This document shows positions 10,586 to 24,585 of a stretch of DNA of 40,477 bases, piece after piece (within the stretch, counting starts at the first letter, position 1; every line of letters starts with the position of its first letter). The translations under genes were made by a program, and so were the position numbers. Under the pieces are notes generated by a model. The model ran no database searches and had not been told where the DNA came from. It saw only the letters and a list, made by a program, of their open reading frames with translations. Source of the DNA: Octopus bimaculoides (lineage: Eukaryota). The DNA is taken from positions 18,437,939 through 18,478,415 of the forward strand of contig NC_068983.1 of NCBI RefSeq assembly GCF_001194135.2, in the 5' to 3' direction.

Positions 10586-11549
10586 TTTTCAGTCAGATTT
10601 GTCCATCCAGTATGAAACTCGGAAGACGATATCTATCCTGGTAGTCTTTAAAATGATGATTGATATTAAATAGACTTAATAGTATTAGGTATTCATCTTT
10701 GTCCTCTTTTATTTCTTCCAATTAACCGCTTTCGTAAATCAATGACAATAATACGTTAATGATGCTGAAGTTTCCAACTGTCAGTATTAGTAAATTCACA
10801 GAAAGTTAGAACGCTTCATATTTTTGATCTCAATTAAAGACATTTGTCTATTATAACCCAGTGTACCACTAACTATGCTCTATAACAACCTGGAAATGCG
10901 AAGTCTACAAGTAAATATTTTAAAGAACAGAAAGTTCGATGTTTTCAGAGTTGACAGATGAGATTATAATTTTAGGGAAGAGTCTTGTGGTGTTGTGACA
11001 TTATCATATCTCAAGTAAGTTTACTTCACTATTTCCAAAGCAAATAATGAGGTATATTGATTAGTTTTTATCATGTTATGAATGAGGTCTGTAGTAGATG
11101 GCACCTCTACAGATATACTGTAATTTTCTTGTATTGAAACATATCAATGGTGCAAATGAATTTAACATGTCTGCCGAGAATATATTTTGATTATATACAT
11201 TGTCATAATAAACGCGCTAACAGTAATATATTGTATTGCACTCTCTTATCAATAGTGGAAGTGTGACGGTGGTGTATTTTCTTACAGGCAGATGAAACAT
11301 TTCTCGAGTTACAGTAGAAGAGATTATAGTAACTTTTCATAATTAAACTATGAAACAGAATATTTATGCAAGTTGTGTGTTGTAGGAGACCAACGAATTA
11401 GAAGTGCTTTATATTTTCAGTTATTAATTGAAAACAACTCATCTCGCGACATTTATTGTGAGTAAATCTCTGCTACAATACTGAATGCTTGAAGTTTAGA
11501 TATATAGCCGCCTGTATGGTTTGTAACATAATAATATAAGAAGGATTTT

Positions 11550-11700
11550 AATTTCAGCACAAGGCCGGCAATTTTGACCTCAGTATACATATGATCTGAA
11601 CATTAATTTTTCGACTCCGGAAGAAAAGAAAAAGGCAAAATTGACCACAATATATAACTCAGGAGGTAAAATCCTGGAACAAATACCGAAAACCATTTAT
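11550..11700 (-). mobile_element. Highly degenerate SINE relic
   Basis: CACAAGGCC..AATTTT and AAAGGCAAAATTGACC...AACTCAG blocks resemble the 9051-9261 copy. Confidence 0.4.
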
Positions 11701-11799
11701 CCTTTGCTTGAACAAGCTGCATGGAAGCGACCGCATAGTTTCGATATGACAGAGTCACCGAACGTTAAGTGCAGTTAGCGATTATTTAGCAAGGGATTT

Positions 11800-12180
11800 A
11801 ATTGAGACGTGAGGAAAAGGTCAATAAGGCTTCGGAATGATTGAAGCTGTTTAGAATGTAAAACGGTAATGCTTTGTAGAGGATTGTTCCAGTTGATATA
11901 AATAAACATTTGTGATGGAAAGTGAATACGATTTCTGCAGTGGTTGCATCACTTCGTAATAGCTGCGAATCACGCAAAAATCATTTGTCAATATTAAGAT
12001 TACCGAACAGAATGAATTTAGAGAGGCGTGAGTATAGACAAATATCTTAAACGCAAGAAAACATGCGCTTAAATCGTGCTGATGACTGGGCGAACTGGGA
12101 ATTTCGTAGAAACAGTTGTATTTGAAGCGTTGTCGAGTGATACTTGAGTCGATACAATTGGAAACATTTATCAACGACTA
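11800..12180 (-). mobile_element. Probable CR1/L2-type LINE 3' relic
   Basis: Minus frames give ...ILFGNLNIDK... and INWNNPLQSITVLHSKQLQSFRSLIDLFL, resembling the WNxLPxxI...FKxxLDxFL C-terminus of CR1/L2 ORF2. Confidence 0.35.
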
Positions 12181-12599
12181 TCACGTAAAACAGTTGAACT
12201 ATAGTTAAGTGGCAGATACATACGAGTAGACACCGTATTTCAAAGCAAGTTTTCAGTAATTGTAAGAGGCAGAAAGTAAGAGAATGTGTAGTGTAGGTGA
12301 ATGTGATATACGGTTACCTATTATTAAGACAAAAGCTATGGGGTCAGGACTGAATCAAAATTTATGCATGCTAATGCGAAGAAGAAATTTTCCTACCATT
12401 ATACTTTTAGATTTGCCCTCTAAGTAGCTTTAGCATATATTAATGGGACATTAATTACAATAATTTGTTAAAAGTGCATCTCGGTCCGGAATTCTGCTTC
12501 GATATTTCAGTTGCTCAGAAATATAAAATACCTGCTTAGTCAATAAGGCGGAGTCATAGAGGCAGTGTACGATAAACTGAAGCTTAGAATCACAGATTT

Positions 12600-12760
12600 A
12601 ATGCATCCGATAGGTTTCTATAAAGTTTCTATCAACCAAATTTCACTTGAAAGTCTTGATTACACTTAAATTACAAATGCAGAATGTGCCCTGCTGCAAG
12701 ATCGATCTCGAGATTCCGTGATCAAGAAGTGAACATCATCACTATTTTGCCATAGTGCGT
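12600..12760 (-). mobile_element. Highly degenerate SINE relic
   Basis: GTTTCTATCAACCAAATTTCACT...AAG and a degenerate reverse-complement tRNA head resemble 10440-10585. Confidence 0.3.
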
Positions 12761-13499
12761 GTACCTGTTATTCGAATTCATCCCGATGAAGAATTCTTCC
12801 TTCACGATTAACAAGAATTAATTCTGACCACTACTTTTCATTAATTTTGTAACCGTCTATAGCGAGGAAATGAAATTAGTTCCTATCTAAATTAACGTTA
12901 CGAATGTTATAATTACTTAATATAAACAATTTATTATAGTTATGATAAATTATATTTATACGTTCTAAGGATTTATACAGGTTTAGGGTTAGAGATTAAG
13001 GATTTACGCAGGGGTTGGAAAAAGAATGATAAATAAGAACGATAAATGAACTTCGTTCATTTAATCTAATAAATGAAGGATATCGCAGTAATTTCGGATA
13101 AAGTGCATATTACGTAAAGCGTTTACTGCTTATATAGGTTCTGAAAGTACGTGCTTAGATTTTCAGTGAATATAAAATCAGCTGCATATATGTTTATTTC
13201 ATGTTTAATATACGAAGATGGAAACGTATATTTACAGGCATTCATTATTTTTTTCAATGAATTAGAGGATTACATGGAACTGAATTACTTCTTCAACGCA
13301 AGTGCCACATAGTGGATTACCATTTAATCTACTAAATATTCTAATAGCGTGAATATATAAACTTCTAAGTATTTGACATACTGGCTAATTATGTTTCATT
13401 GATATAAATGGGTTAATTTTATACATTCTCGCAAGCTTACATTTGTGTACCGATCTCTCTATATATACATACTTGCATCAAAATACAAGATCAAATACT

Positions 13500-13720
13500 G
13501 TGGGAGCTTGAAACGCAAGGACCTATAGCTCTTTAATTTTCTTCTGAGAGATTTGAGAGACCTACATGGGCAGATGTAAATGCCTACAAAGCAGAATTGG
13601 ATAACTTACTATCAAGCGTCCCACATTAAATAAATGAAACTATAAAAGAAGGAATACCGAAAAAACAGCAAAACCAAGGCAGTTTCCCAGCATGGTCATA
13701 GGTTTCAAGCTGAAATATGG
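13500..13720 (+). mobile_element. CR1-type LINE ORF2 C-terminus / 3' end relic
   Basis: QGP*LFNFLLRDLRDLHG / ADVNAYKAELDNLLSSVP across frameshifts (13515-13623); matches GPxLFNxLPxxIRxxxG...FKxxLDxxLxxVP. Confidence 0.55.
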
Positions 13721-13841
13721 AAACAACACTATATATATATATATATATNNNNNNNNNNNNNNNNNNNNNNNNNNNNNNNNNNNNNNNNNNNNNNNNNTAT
13801 ATATATGAATGTGTGTCTGTGTGTATCTATGCGCAGACTCA

Positions 13842-13881
<40 letters not shown>

Positions 13882-15449
13882 CACACACATACGTATACAA
13901 TATATACGATTGCTTTGTGCAGCAACACCCGTTAGCTTTTTGTGTTAAATTACGAAAATATGCACGTGGCATGATCCATGTTATCAGTCACTCAATAATA
14001 ATTTCAGATCAACAAATTTTAGCTCAATATTAACGTATTACAATTAACATATTATAATGGAAATACTAATACATTTATACCTCTCTACAAAATTAATATG
14101 CTGTGAGAAAATATTTAAAGGCTTTTACCCTTTCTACGATGGATTTCCGATTGCTTTTAAGTTGTTGTTACAAAAATGAAACTCAACTCGCATATAGTTT
14201 TGCGGCTCAGGAAGTTCCAATTTTAAAACAGTGGTGAAAATGCAGTTAATTAGCTTATTACTATGATATTTCAAACAAAGATATTTACAATCCGTTGAAT
14301 TTCCCATATTCTGTGAGATAGACTGTATCATTTGGGAGAATTGGATGAAATGAACATTCATTAGAAACTTACCCCAGTACATCTCTGGAAATATGATATG
14401 ATATACATTAAGTCATAAGATCCCTCCCTAATATAGAAAGAGTATACCAGTCTGGATTTATATATCTATCTTATTTATATTCGTAAAGTGCTTTGCATAT
14501 ATACATATACACACATACGCGCACACAAATACATACAAGATAGAAATCCAAAACGTGTCTATGTATGTGTGTGTATATATATGTGTGTATATATATATAT
14601 GTGTGTGTATATATATATATGTGTATGTGTGCGCGTTTGTTCGTGTGCGTGTGTGTGTGCATGTGTATGAATGTATAATGAAGTGTAACTAATTATTTCT
14701 TCTATGCAAGGACTTATATGAAGTATATAACGACCATGAGTGAACATGTAATTATATTACAAACCACGAGGATATAATGACTGTATTATAACTTGATATT
14801 TAAAGATAACTAAAATATTATATTACATAGATTTTCGTTAGTAATTTCTTTATCGTTCAACTTGTTTGGCAAATTACTAGTAACGAAATGTGTTGTAATT
14901 ATAGCGTACCCAACCTTTAGTGATTATCTACAGAGTGATTTCCATCAAATTGTTGTAAGACGTTTTCTATTCAAATCATTAAAAAAGAAACCACCGAGCA
15001 AAATTACAATAATTATTCAATGTAGTATAATTTTTGCCATACGGTTACAACAGTTGTTAACATATCAATAAGAATTTTGATATAATACCAAATTGCTTTC
15101 GATTCTTTATTCTTTAAAGTATATCAATTTTAATTATGTTATATTGACAATAGCATTGCTGTCATTTTAAAAATTAAGAAAGAAAAATATTTAAAAATAA
15201 AATAAAGATAATATATATTAAGATTTGAACAACATGATATTTTATGAAAGAGTAAGTTTTTGTAAGACATTAATTGTACTGTACGGTACATATACAGACA
15301 CAGTACATACAGTACATACATACATACATACATATATACACACACAAAGACAGAGACATTCTCATGCACAGAAATATATATACGCACACACTCTTACACA
15401 TATACGCATACGCACACACATATACAGGTGTATAATCCGATTATAAAAC

Positions 15450-15657
15450 TGAAAACTAGGTTGCAGGTTGAGATTTACTTCCTTTCCTCAAGAGATTACC
15501 AAGACTACACCTTCATCTGTGAACATATCGTCATCTTGCTTCATTCCGTAGCTCAGTTCTTTCCATCCAGTATGATATTTGCTATCCATTTATCCAATTC
15601 AGCAATTGCTTAGACATATTAATTTCTATCATCCACTCAAACATCTCTATATACCTG

Positions 15658-15695
<38 letters not shown>

Positions 15696-16850
15696 CTTAA
15701 ATATGTATCGCTTACGTTAATTTCAACTTCCCCCAACCGACCCATAGCAAATCTCCTGTCCCGTACTCATAATATCCCACTCTTCGCAAATATTTTGGGT
15801 AGACTCCCTCTTTGTGTCTAAGTCTCACTATATTGCTTACTTATTCCTACGTTACAGTTACTTACATACAACCTTCGACGATGCTCCCTGCGTCAAAATC
15901 GTTATTGAATGTGTCTCCTTTTAACATGCTACCTCTCCTTCCAGAGTGCTCTAAGCTAGTTCTCAATCGTATCCCCGCATAAAAATTTATTTTCCTCTAA
16001 TCGAACACTGTTGTCGCCCACATATTTCCAAATAACTTCTTTAGTTTACGTCATTTACTTCCAACTCAGCACGCATTCATTATCGATACAACCAATCTGC
16101 ATCTCTTAATTTATTTCGTTGATTGGTCTGATTTCTTTATTGAGACCTAGGCCCACTTTCTATGTTAATTTTATCTGCAGCGTCAAAAAAAAAAACTATT
16201 CTTTTACATGATTAATTTATGGTTTTCGTACAGAGGAGAAAGTGATAGGATGTTGCCGAATCGCTTTACGGAATATCCCTCTCCAAGATACACCCGTATG
16301 CATCAAGCATATCCTTTGTAAAATTAAGCAGCAACAATCCTGGTGTTTCAAAATTTTATCGACATCAAGTAATAATCACTTACTTGAAAAATGGTATCAA
16401 AAATAATGCTGGTACCAAAGATAAGATTGTTTCCCTTTAAATACACATATAGAAAATTTCGCACCCAAAATTTTCACATATCAGAAGCCCGTAGATAAAC
16501 GAACATGTATATCTCACTGGACGATTGTTCATATATACTTGAAACCTTCAACTTAAGTCGTCTTGCATCATATCAAAAATAATAGCATAAATCACTTCCA
16601 CTCCAACAATGATTTTTTTCTACTCCTTTTAATTTCTCTTCTGTTTACATTTCTATTTACTTTGACAAAAAGTAACCGTCCTAAACGTTACTTTTTCTCC
16701 AGGCCGTGATAACATTGACGCTGTAGTCTGTCGTTTCTTCACGTTTCTTCAAATGTCTACAATATATTCTTTTCCAGTTCAAGGAATTCATACGCACGAC
16801 AAACTGTGACAGTGCTTTTCTTCTATAATAATTCCATTCGGAGCTACGAC
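15450..16850 (-). mobile_element. Degenerate RTE-clade LINE (RT and C-terminus), interrupted by (TA)n
   Basis: Ordered minus-strand motifs LSLVPALFLI (cf. GCVLAPTLF), KVGLGLNKE (16159-16133; cf. GLxINxxKT), SYLE (cf. YLG), KYLRRV, YRDV*VDDR and MSKQLLNWING (15617-15585; cf. RxPKQLLxW). Confidence 0.6.
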
Positions 16851-17902
16851 ACATTACAAAAAAATAAATCGATATCAGGATTTCAGAAGTACTGATCCTA
16901 GCAATAAATACTTAAATTCACAATGAAATGTGCCAAGATGAAATACTATAAGACATTTTAACTGACGCTCTATGATTCATGCCTAGAGGCATAAACAAAT
17001 CCTATTACATGCATAAAGTACATTATTTGTGCGTTTATGTATGTGTGTGAAAAGGTGTTTGTGTGTGTCTGCACTTGCCTGTGTGTATGTATATATACAT
17101 ATGTATATTTCCACACACACACATGTACATACATATACATGCTTATAGTTGTACATACATATGTACTCCCTTATTTATATATGTATTTAGGAATACATGA
17201 TTTAATAATGAAGTTTTAAGCGGACTTTCGACGCTCATAAAATTTTATGAATGAAAACGTATCAGAATGTTATATAGTCAGGTGGCAAACAAGTCTAGTT
17301 GCTGTTGTTTAGTTGACCAGTATATTAGACAACTAGCAGAATCATTTATTCGCTTTGTTATATTTTATGTGTTATTACAACATACTATAAGGATGTTGTA
17401 ATAAGATAAATAGCTGAAGCTGCATGAAATAAAAAGGCAGAAGGAAAAGTGTAAATAGAATAATATAAGCATCAATTCACGAGATAATCAGAAAATATTG
17501 AGGTCATAATCTAAACAATTATTTACAATTTAACCGAAAACAAAACTATGTATCACTGGATTTAAATGTGCTGATTACAATATGAAAGGAATATTGCGTT
17601 GCAGGTGTTAGAATCAATGAATAATTGTTGCATATTACGTGACAATTTTATACTTGTTAGCCAATTGGGTGTCAAGCAAGGTTAATGATGTTGATCGGGA
17701 ACAAAATTCGTATTTTTCACGGCGATTGCATTATTAATACAATTATCACAACTTACCGCCATTAAATAGTGAAGTTTTGTAGAAGACTGAATATGTAACA
17801 TATATCTTTCGGGCATATAATATGTGTTACCAGAAAACACGCACGTACACACACACTCGCACGCACTCACACACATACACATGCAAACACGCACACACAC
17901 AC

Positions 17903-17938
<36 letters not shown>

Positions 17939-18164
17939 AAACACACTCAAATACGCATATACTGCACTTAGACATACAGAAACATATGCATAGCGCCTTG
18001 TACTTGTGTGAAATCAATCAAACGATTTGACTAGATATACATTACTGTGCAACGCTTAAAGCTACTACACACATCTATACAGATGACGCCATTGAATACG
18101 TATAAATTTATANNNNNNNNNNNNNNNNNNNNNNNNNNNNNNNNNNNNNNNNNNNNNNNNNNNN

Positions 18165-18198
<34 letters not shown>

Positions 18199-18560
18199 GG
18201 TGTGTGTGTGTATGCGTATAGGTTTGTGTTTGCATGTGTGTATGTGTGTACATATATATGTGTGTATGTGTATGTATATGTCTGTCTGATTGTCTATCTT
18301 TCTATCTATCTATCTATGAGTGTATGTTTGTATATATATATATATATATGTGTTTGTGTCTGTATTATATATACGTATGTGTGTGTATATATTTGCCCAC
18401 CGGCTAATATAATGTGCTGAATATAAAGCGTGCTTTTGTGCATACGTGCGTGTGAGAATGTGTACGCTATCACGCATGCGTGTATCCACGGTCTTTACAA
18501 AATGGCTAACATACTGCCGTGGGTTTTTAAAAATTATATTCCAACATACTGAGAAGTAAA

Positions 18561-18563
<3 letters not shown>

Positions 18564-18616
<53 letters not shown>

Positions 18617-18624
18617 GCAGTAGT

Positions 18625-18715
<91 letters not shown>

Positions 18716-18726
18716 CTAGTAGTAGT
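18564..18726. repeat. Compound (ATT)n-(AGC)n-(AGT)n trinucleotide microsatellite
   Basis: Direct. Confidence 0.95.
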
Positions 18727-19429
18727 TAAGCTCTCTTTGCTGTTAAACGCAATCATATACTATCTGGCTCAAATAGGCAACAGGTTAAAGTGTTTTTACT
18801 TGCAGATTTTTTTGTCTCAAGCTACGGTCATCGCTGCAAAGTTGTTACAATTTATTGTGAAAAGATCAGTGTTGTAGAAAGAGCATCTTGAATTAGAGAC
18901 TAATAAATCCTTGTAGTAAGTTTTCGACTAGTTTAAAGCGGTAAATATATCCCTGTCTATATGTTTCTTTTTTATACTTTTGTTTTTTACTTTATAAAGA
19001 AAATATTCTTATGAAAATATCAGAAACGATTGAAAAAATGCTGTGAATTGATAAATGTGACCGGTGTAGAGAAGGAAAGTATAGTTATGAATTGATTTGG
19101 TCTGACAGTTCTAACTGGATTGCTCAAGTAATATTGAAACTTAATCAGGAGTTTCGATACAAGAGAATCCAATAAAATACTGATAGAAATAGTATGTAAG
19201 ATATACGTTAAATACGATTCTTAAGCAGCTACATAGTAAAATAATCTGACAGAAGCTACTGTTGCCGCCAGTATGGAATAATCATGCACGCGTGTGTATG
19301 TATTCGTAGGTATAAGTGTAAATGCATACATATATGTATATAACTATATGAATATATATGTTTGCCTGCATGTGCGTATGTGTGCAGGTGTGTTATTTCT
19401 GATATGTATATATGCTTATATACTTATAC

Positions 19430-19472
<43 letters not shown>

Positions 19473-19482
19473 NNNNNNNNNN

Positions 19483-19515
<33 letters not shown>

Positions 19516-19612
19516 TTACTTGGAAATGCAGTTCTATATTTAAAAGCTGAGGAATTATGCACATTATTTACATTATGTACTACATGTGACGGATATTTAT
19601 TCTCATCTTTTT

Positions 19613-19636
19613 TTGTTGTTGTCATTATTATCATCA

Positions 19637-19671
<35 letters not shown>

Positions 19672-19675
19672 ATTA

Positions 19676-19713
<38 letters not shown>

Positions 19714-19794
19714 GTTATTATTATTATTAAGGTCACTGCCTGGAATCGAACTCGGAATCTTGGGATTAGTAGCCCGCGCTCTTAACCATTACGC
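19613..19794 (-). mobile_element. tRNA-Arg-like short element (19731-19794) with (AAT)n tail
   Basis: Minus: GCGTAATGGTTAAGAGCGCGGGCTACTAATCCCAAGATTCCGAGTTCGATTCCAGGCAGTGACC. It has an A-box and B-box and resembles tRNA-Arg(ACG), has no acceptor stem, and is directly followed by (AAT)n. Confidence 0.75.
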
Positions 19795-19825
19795 TCGCGA
19801 GCAATTATGGAGTGAATTTTAGGGC

Positions 19826-20017
19826 TTATAAATCTAATGTTTTTCGTATATTTCCTTAATACCGCTTCCCATATGCTATTCATATCTGCACTCGGTCTGC
19901 TTAGGAGGGTGTTCTATCCTAGCATATGTGCTCCTTCTTTTAGTTTCCTTATTTTCCAGTGGCCTTCCCTGTCTATAATTTTAACTTTATCCCACAGCGA
20001 AAGGTGGTCTCCATTTT

Positions 20018-20022
<5 letters not shown>
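19826..20022 (-). mobile_element. Penelope-like GIY-YIG endonuclease C-terminal fragment
   Basis: [56 protein letters not shown]; fits the HxxxWxxVxIIDRExHWxxRxLKEAxH C-terminus of Penelope GIY-YIG domains; one internal stop. Confidence 0.7.
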
Positions 20023-20067
<45 letters not shown>

Positions 20068-20135
20068 GCACATATACATAAATGCATGTACATACATACA
20101 TACATTTATATGTATATTATATACGCATATATGTG

Positions 20136-20850
20136 AATAGGATGTCACAAAACGGAAAGAACATGAAATACGAAAACAATATGAACTATGAAGTTAAACT
20201 TGGGTATGCGAACAACGAAAGGAACAAATGGTAAATAAGACTAGTAACATAAAGAACGACCCTTCATCATATGTCGGCTGTCCATCTACTCATTTCGAGC
20301 AATTAACGACAACATGGGGCTTCGAAAGGCTCACGTGAACCGAAATAAAATTTGGGATATGCTGAGGGTCAAATTTGCTAACAGGACAGTGGAGACATAC
20401 AACAAACGATACGAAAACATACATTAGATCAGACGAGGTAAGGTAGCGAACGCTGGAGGATTATTGTTATTGACAAGAAAAATACAGAAGAGGCGATATA
20501 TAGGAATACGTCTGGTCTGTAAGACAGAGTAATAGAAAAGGAAGATGATCACGTGAAGAAAAGAAAGATGGATAATGGTCACGAGGAAGCAACGAGAGAG
20601 AGAGAGAGAGAGAGTAAAGGCGAAAGACGGATAGAGAGAGAGAGAGATAGAAACCAGTGAGGGGGAGAAAAAGGAATGAGAAAGAAAAAACGAAAGGGAC
20701 AAAAGGAGAGAGAAAAGAATTGGAGAAAGGAAGACAGACAAACGAAAGGGGGAGAGAGACAGAACACTACAGGGTAGTGTCGTATCGAAATTATTAAGAT
20801 AGACCTATTTGGAAATGGATGCGTGGCGTTCAATCATATAATAATATAGA
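20136..20850 (+). repeat. ~700-bp interspersed repeat, copy 1 (putative Penelope pseudo-LTR, probably transcribed from the minus strand)
   Basis: Shares CACAAAACG..AACATGAAATACGAA, GGGTATGCGAACAACGA, GAGGGTCAAA and GAGGTAAGGTAGCGAACGCTGGAGGA blocks and a GA-rich tract with the other copies. Confidence 0.85.
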
Positions 20851-20935
20851 CAGAACAAATATATATACATGTATACGTACATATATGTACATACATACAT
20901 ATAGATGTATATATATATATGTATCTATCTATCTA

Positions 20936-20993
<58 letters not shown>

Positions 20994-20995
20994 TA

Positions 20996-21680
20996 TATGG
21001 GTACAGGAAGTCACAAAACGTAAACAACATGAAATACGAAGGTATACTTAGGCATGCGAACAACGAGAGAAACAAATGGAAAACAAGGCAAGTAACATAA
21101 AGAACGGCCCTTCATCAGTTGTTGGCTGTCCATCTACACCTCACTTTGCATGTAAGGACAATATGAGGCTTCGAAATGCAGTTGCTCTCTCGAGCCAAAA
21201 TAAGATTTGGGATTTGCAGAGGGTGAAATTTGGTAACAAATACAAGACAGTGGAGACGTACGACAAACGAAACGAAAACAAACATAGAGGGCCGTTAGGC
21301 CAGACGAGGTAAGGTAGCAAACGCTGGAGGAGTATTGTCTTTGACAAGAGAAAAGATAGAAGAGGATACAGATGAAAATGCGTCTGGTTTGTACGAGAGA
21401 CTGAAAGAAAAGAAAGATGATTAGCTGAGGTAAAGAAAGGTGGACGGTGGTCACGTGTGAGCAACGAGAGAGAGTAAAGAAGAAAGACGGAGAGAGAGAC
21501 AGACATACAGATAGAGAGCGGGGAAGGGGAGAAAAAAGAATTAGAGAAAGGATAAGAGAGAAAAATGAATGAAAGGCGTAGAAGGGGAGAAACAGAATTA
21601 CAGAAAGGAAAAGAGAGAAAACGAAAGGGGGAGAGACAGAGAGAAATGGGTGAAATGCGAATAATGAGAATGGACAAACG
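20996..21680 (+). repeat. ~700-bp repeat, copy 2
   Basis: Diverged direct copy of 20136-20850, separated from it by a (TA)n tract. Confidence 0.85.
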
Positions 21681-21978
21681 GGTACTTGTGTTGAAACTTT
21701 CGTCTTAAACGTTTATTCACGCAGTACAAATGTATGAATAAAAGGTTTAGTATCATTACGTAAATAATGACCTTGATGAAATGACCAAGTATTTGCTATG
21801 ACAGCCACAATGAACACCTGCCGGATAGATAAATAAATTTACCTGCTGCTTTGTTCAAATGGATTATGTAAAATTTTCGTTCAGTTTTCATACATCTGTA
21901 CAGAATGTTTTGCTCGTATATTTCGTTTCTTTTCCACTTTTAGCCATTTTCCTTAATCACTCATACTTTAATACACAC

Positions 21979-22040
<62 letters not shown>

Positions 22041-22055
22041 NNNNNNNNNNTATAT

Positions 22056-22089
<34 letters not shown>

Positions 22090-22226
22090 GCAACAAATAT
22101 ATATACACGCATACATATATACTTATATATATATATATTATATATCTATATATACGTATATATGTATATTATACATGTATCTAATATATACTTATATGTT
22201 TGTGCGTATGCATAGGTCGGCAGGTA

Positions 22227-22291
<65 letters not shown>

Positions 22292-22420
22292 GCATATATA
22301 CACATATGTATATATATGTAAATATATATGTATATATATAATAATATACCTAAAAAATATATATGGATATATACATACATATATGTACATACATACATAT
22401 ATATGTATATATATGCATAT

Positions 22421-23115
22421 ATGGCTACAGGACGTCACAAAACGTAAACAAAATGAAATACGAAATACGAAAACAACATGAAATAAGAAGACAAACTTGG
22501 GTATGCGAACAACGAGAGAACTGAATGGAAAACGACAAGTAGCATAAAGAACTACACTTCACAGGTTGTCGGCTGTTCGTCTACACCTCATTTCGAGCAA
22601 TTAATGAAAATATGAGGCTTCGAAAACAACATAAAATTTGTGATTTTTGGAGAGGTAAAGTTGGTACTAAATAAAGGACTGTGAAGACATACAACAAACC
22701 GAACGAATACAAACATGGAGGGCCGTTACAACAGACAAGGTAAGGTAGCGAACGCTGGAGGAATATTGTCTTTGAAAAGAGAAGATATAGAAGAGGAGAC
22801 AGATAAGAATGAGCTCTGGTCTGTAAGACAGACTCAAATAAAGAAGATCACGCGAGGAAAAGAAAGATGGACGATGGTCACGTGTGAGCAACAAGACAGA
22901 CAGATAGAAAACGGTGAAGGGGAGTAAAATGAATTAAAGAAAGGATGAGAGAAAAAGGTAAGTAGGAAAATGAAAGATAAAAGAATTAGAGAAAGGAAGG
23001 GACAGAAAACGAAAGGGAGAGAGAGAACACTACAGGGGAGATTCACATCAAAATTATTCAGATAAACTTAGTTGGAAATAAATGCCTGCCGTCCAATCAC
23101 ATGATAATACAAATA
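22421..23115 (+). repeat. ~700-bp repeat, copy 3
   Basis: Diverged direct copy, preceded and followed by (TA)n. Confidence 0.85.
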
Positions 23116-23771
23116 GTATATGTATGTATATATATATATATNNNNNNNNNNNNNNNNNNNNNNNNNNNNNNNNNNNNNNNNNNNNNNNNNNNNNNNNNNN
23201 NNNNNNNNNNNNNNNNNNNNNNNNNNNNNNNNNNNNNNNNNNNNNNNNNNNNNNNNNNNNNNNNNNNNNNNNNNNNNNNNNNNNNNNNNNNNNNNNNNNN
23301 NNNNNNNNNNNNNNNNNNNNNNNNNNNNNNNNNNNNNNNNNNNNNNNNNNNNNNNNNNNNNNNNNNNNNNNNNNNNNNNNNNNNNNNNNNNNNNNNNNNN
23401 NNNNNNNNNNNNNNNNNNNNNNNNNNNNNNNNNNNNNNNNNNNNNNNNNNNNNNNNNNNNNNNNNNNNNNNNNNNNNNNNNNNNNNNNNNNNNNNNNNNN
23501 NNNNNNNNNNNNNNNNNNNNNNNNNNNNNNNNNNNNNNNNNNNNNNNNNNNNNNNNNNNNNNNNNNNNNNNNNNNNNNNNNNNNNNNNNNNNNNNNNNNN
23601 NNNNNNNNNNNNNNNNNNNNNNNNNNNNNNNNNNNNNNNNNNNNNNNNNNNNNNNNNNNNNNNNNNNNNNNNNNNNNNNNNNNNNNNNNNNNNNNNNNNN
23701 NNNNNNNNNNNNNNNNNNNNNNNNNNNNNNNNNNNNNNNNNNNNNNNNNNNNNNNNNNNNATATATATGAA

Positions 23772-24043
23772 TATGGGTACAGAAGGGCACAAAATGTAAA
23801 CAACATGAAATACGAAGACAAATTTGGGTATGCGAACAACGAGAGGAAAAAATGGAAAACAAGACAAGTAACATAAAAACTACACTTCATCAGTTGCCGG
23901 CTGTCCATCTTATTCTCATTTAGAGCATTTAACGACAACATGAGACTTCGAAAGCAGTTGTGCCTGTGAATCAAAATAAAATTTGGGATTTGTGGAGGGT
24001 CAAAGTTGGTAACAAATACAGGATAATGGAGACATACAACAAT
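23772..24043 (+). repeat. ~700-bp repeat, copy 4 (5' part only)
   Basis: Same 5' blocks; breaks off after GGAGACATACAAC. Confidence 0.85.
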
Positions 24044-24452
24044 CCAGACGCATCCTTTGCTGTCTCCTTTTCTATCTCTTCTCTTGTCAAATACAATATT
24101 TCTCCAACGGTCGCTAACTTACATTGTCTGATCTCACAGCGCTCCATATTTGTTTTCGTTTGGGTTATAGTATGTCTCCACTGTCTTGTTTTCTTTTTAC
24201 CACCTTTGACTCTCCATTAATCACAAATTTTATTTTGGCTCGCGGGAGCAACTGCCTTTCGAAGCTACATGCTGTCGTTCAATGCTCGAAATGACGAGTA
24301 GATGGACAGCCGACAAATTATGTAATGTCCATCTTTATGTTACTTGCCTTGTTTTTCATTTGTTTCTCTCGTTGTTCGCATGCCCAAGTTTGTCTTCGTA
24401 TTTCATGTTGTTTTCGTATTTCATATTATGTACGTTTTGTGAAGCCCTGCAT
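24044..24452 (-). repeat. ~700-bp repeat, copy 5 (inverted, partial)
   Basis: Reverse complement of the 5' ~400 bp of the unit, fused directly to copy 4. Confidence 0.85.
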
Positions 24453-24507
24453 GTATATAAATATATATACATATATATGTATGTATGTACATATATGTAT
24501 GTATATA

Positions 24508-24585
<78 letters not shown>

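Noticed and set aside
19731-19800. Functional tRNA gene
   Set aside because: No acceptor-stem pairing, broken anticodon and T stems, and a direct (AAT)n tail; treated as SINE-like.
21112-21118. Minus-strand CTGATGA in the ~700-bp repeat (also copy 4) as a hammerhead
   Set aside because: No stem II-GAAA follows; the nearby GAAA is upstream and the stems do not pair in any hammerhead topology I tried. A twister-like GGAGGG in the same unit also lacked matching P1/P2 pairing.
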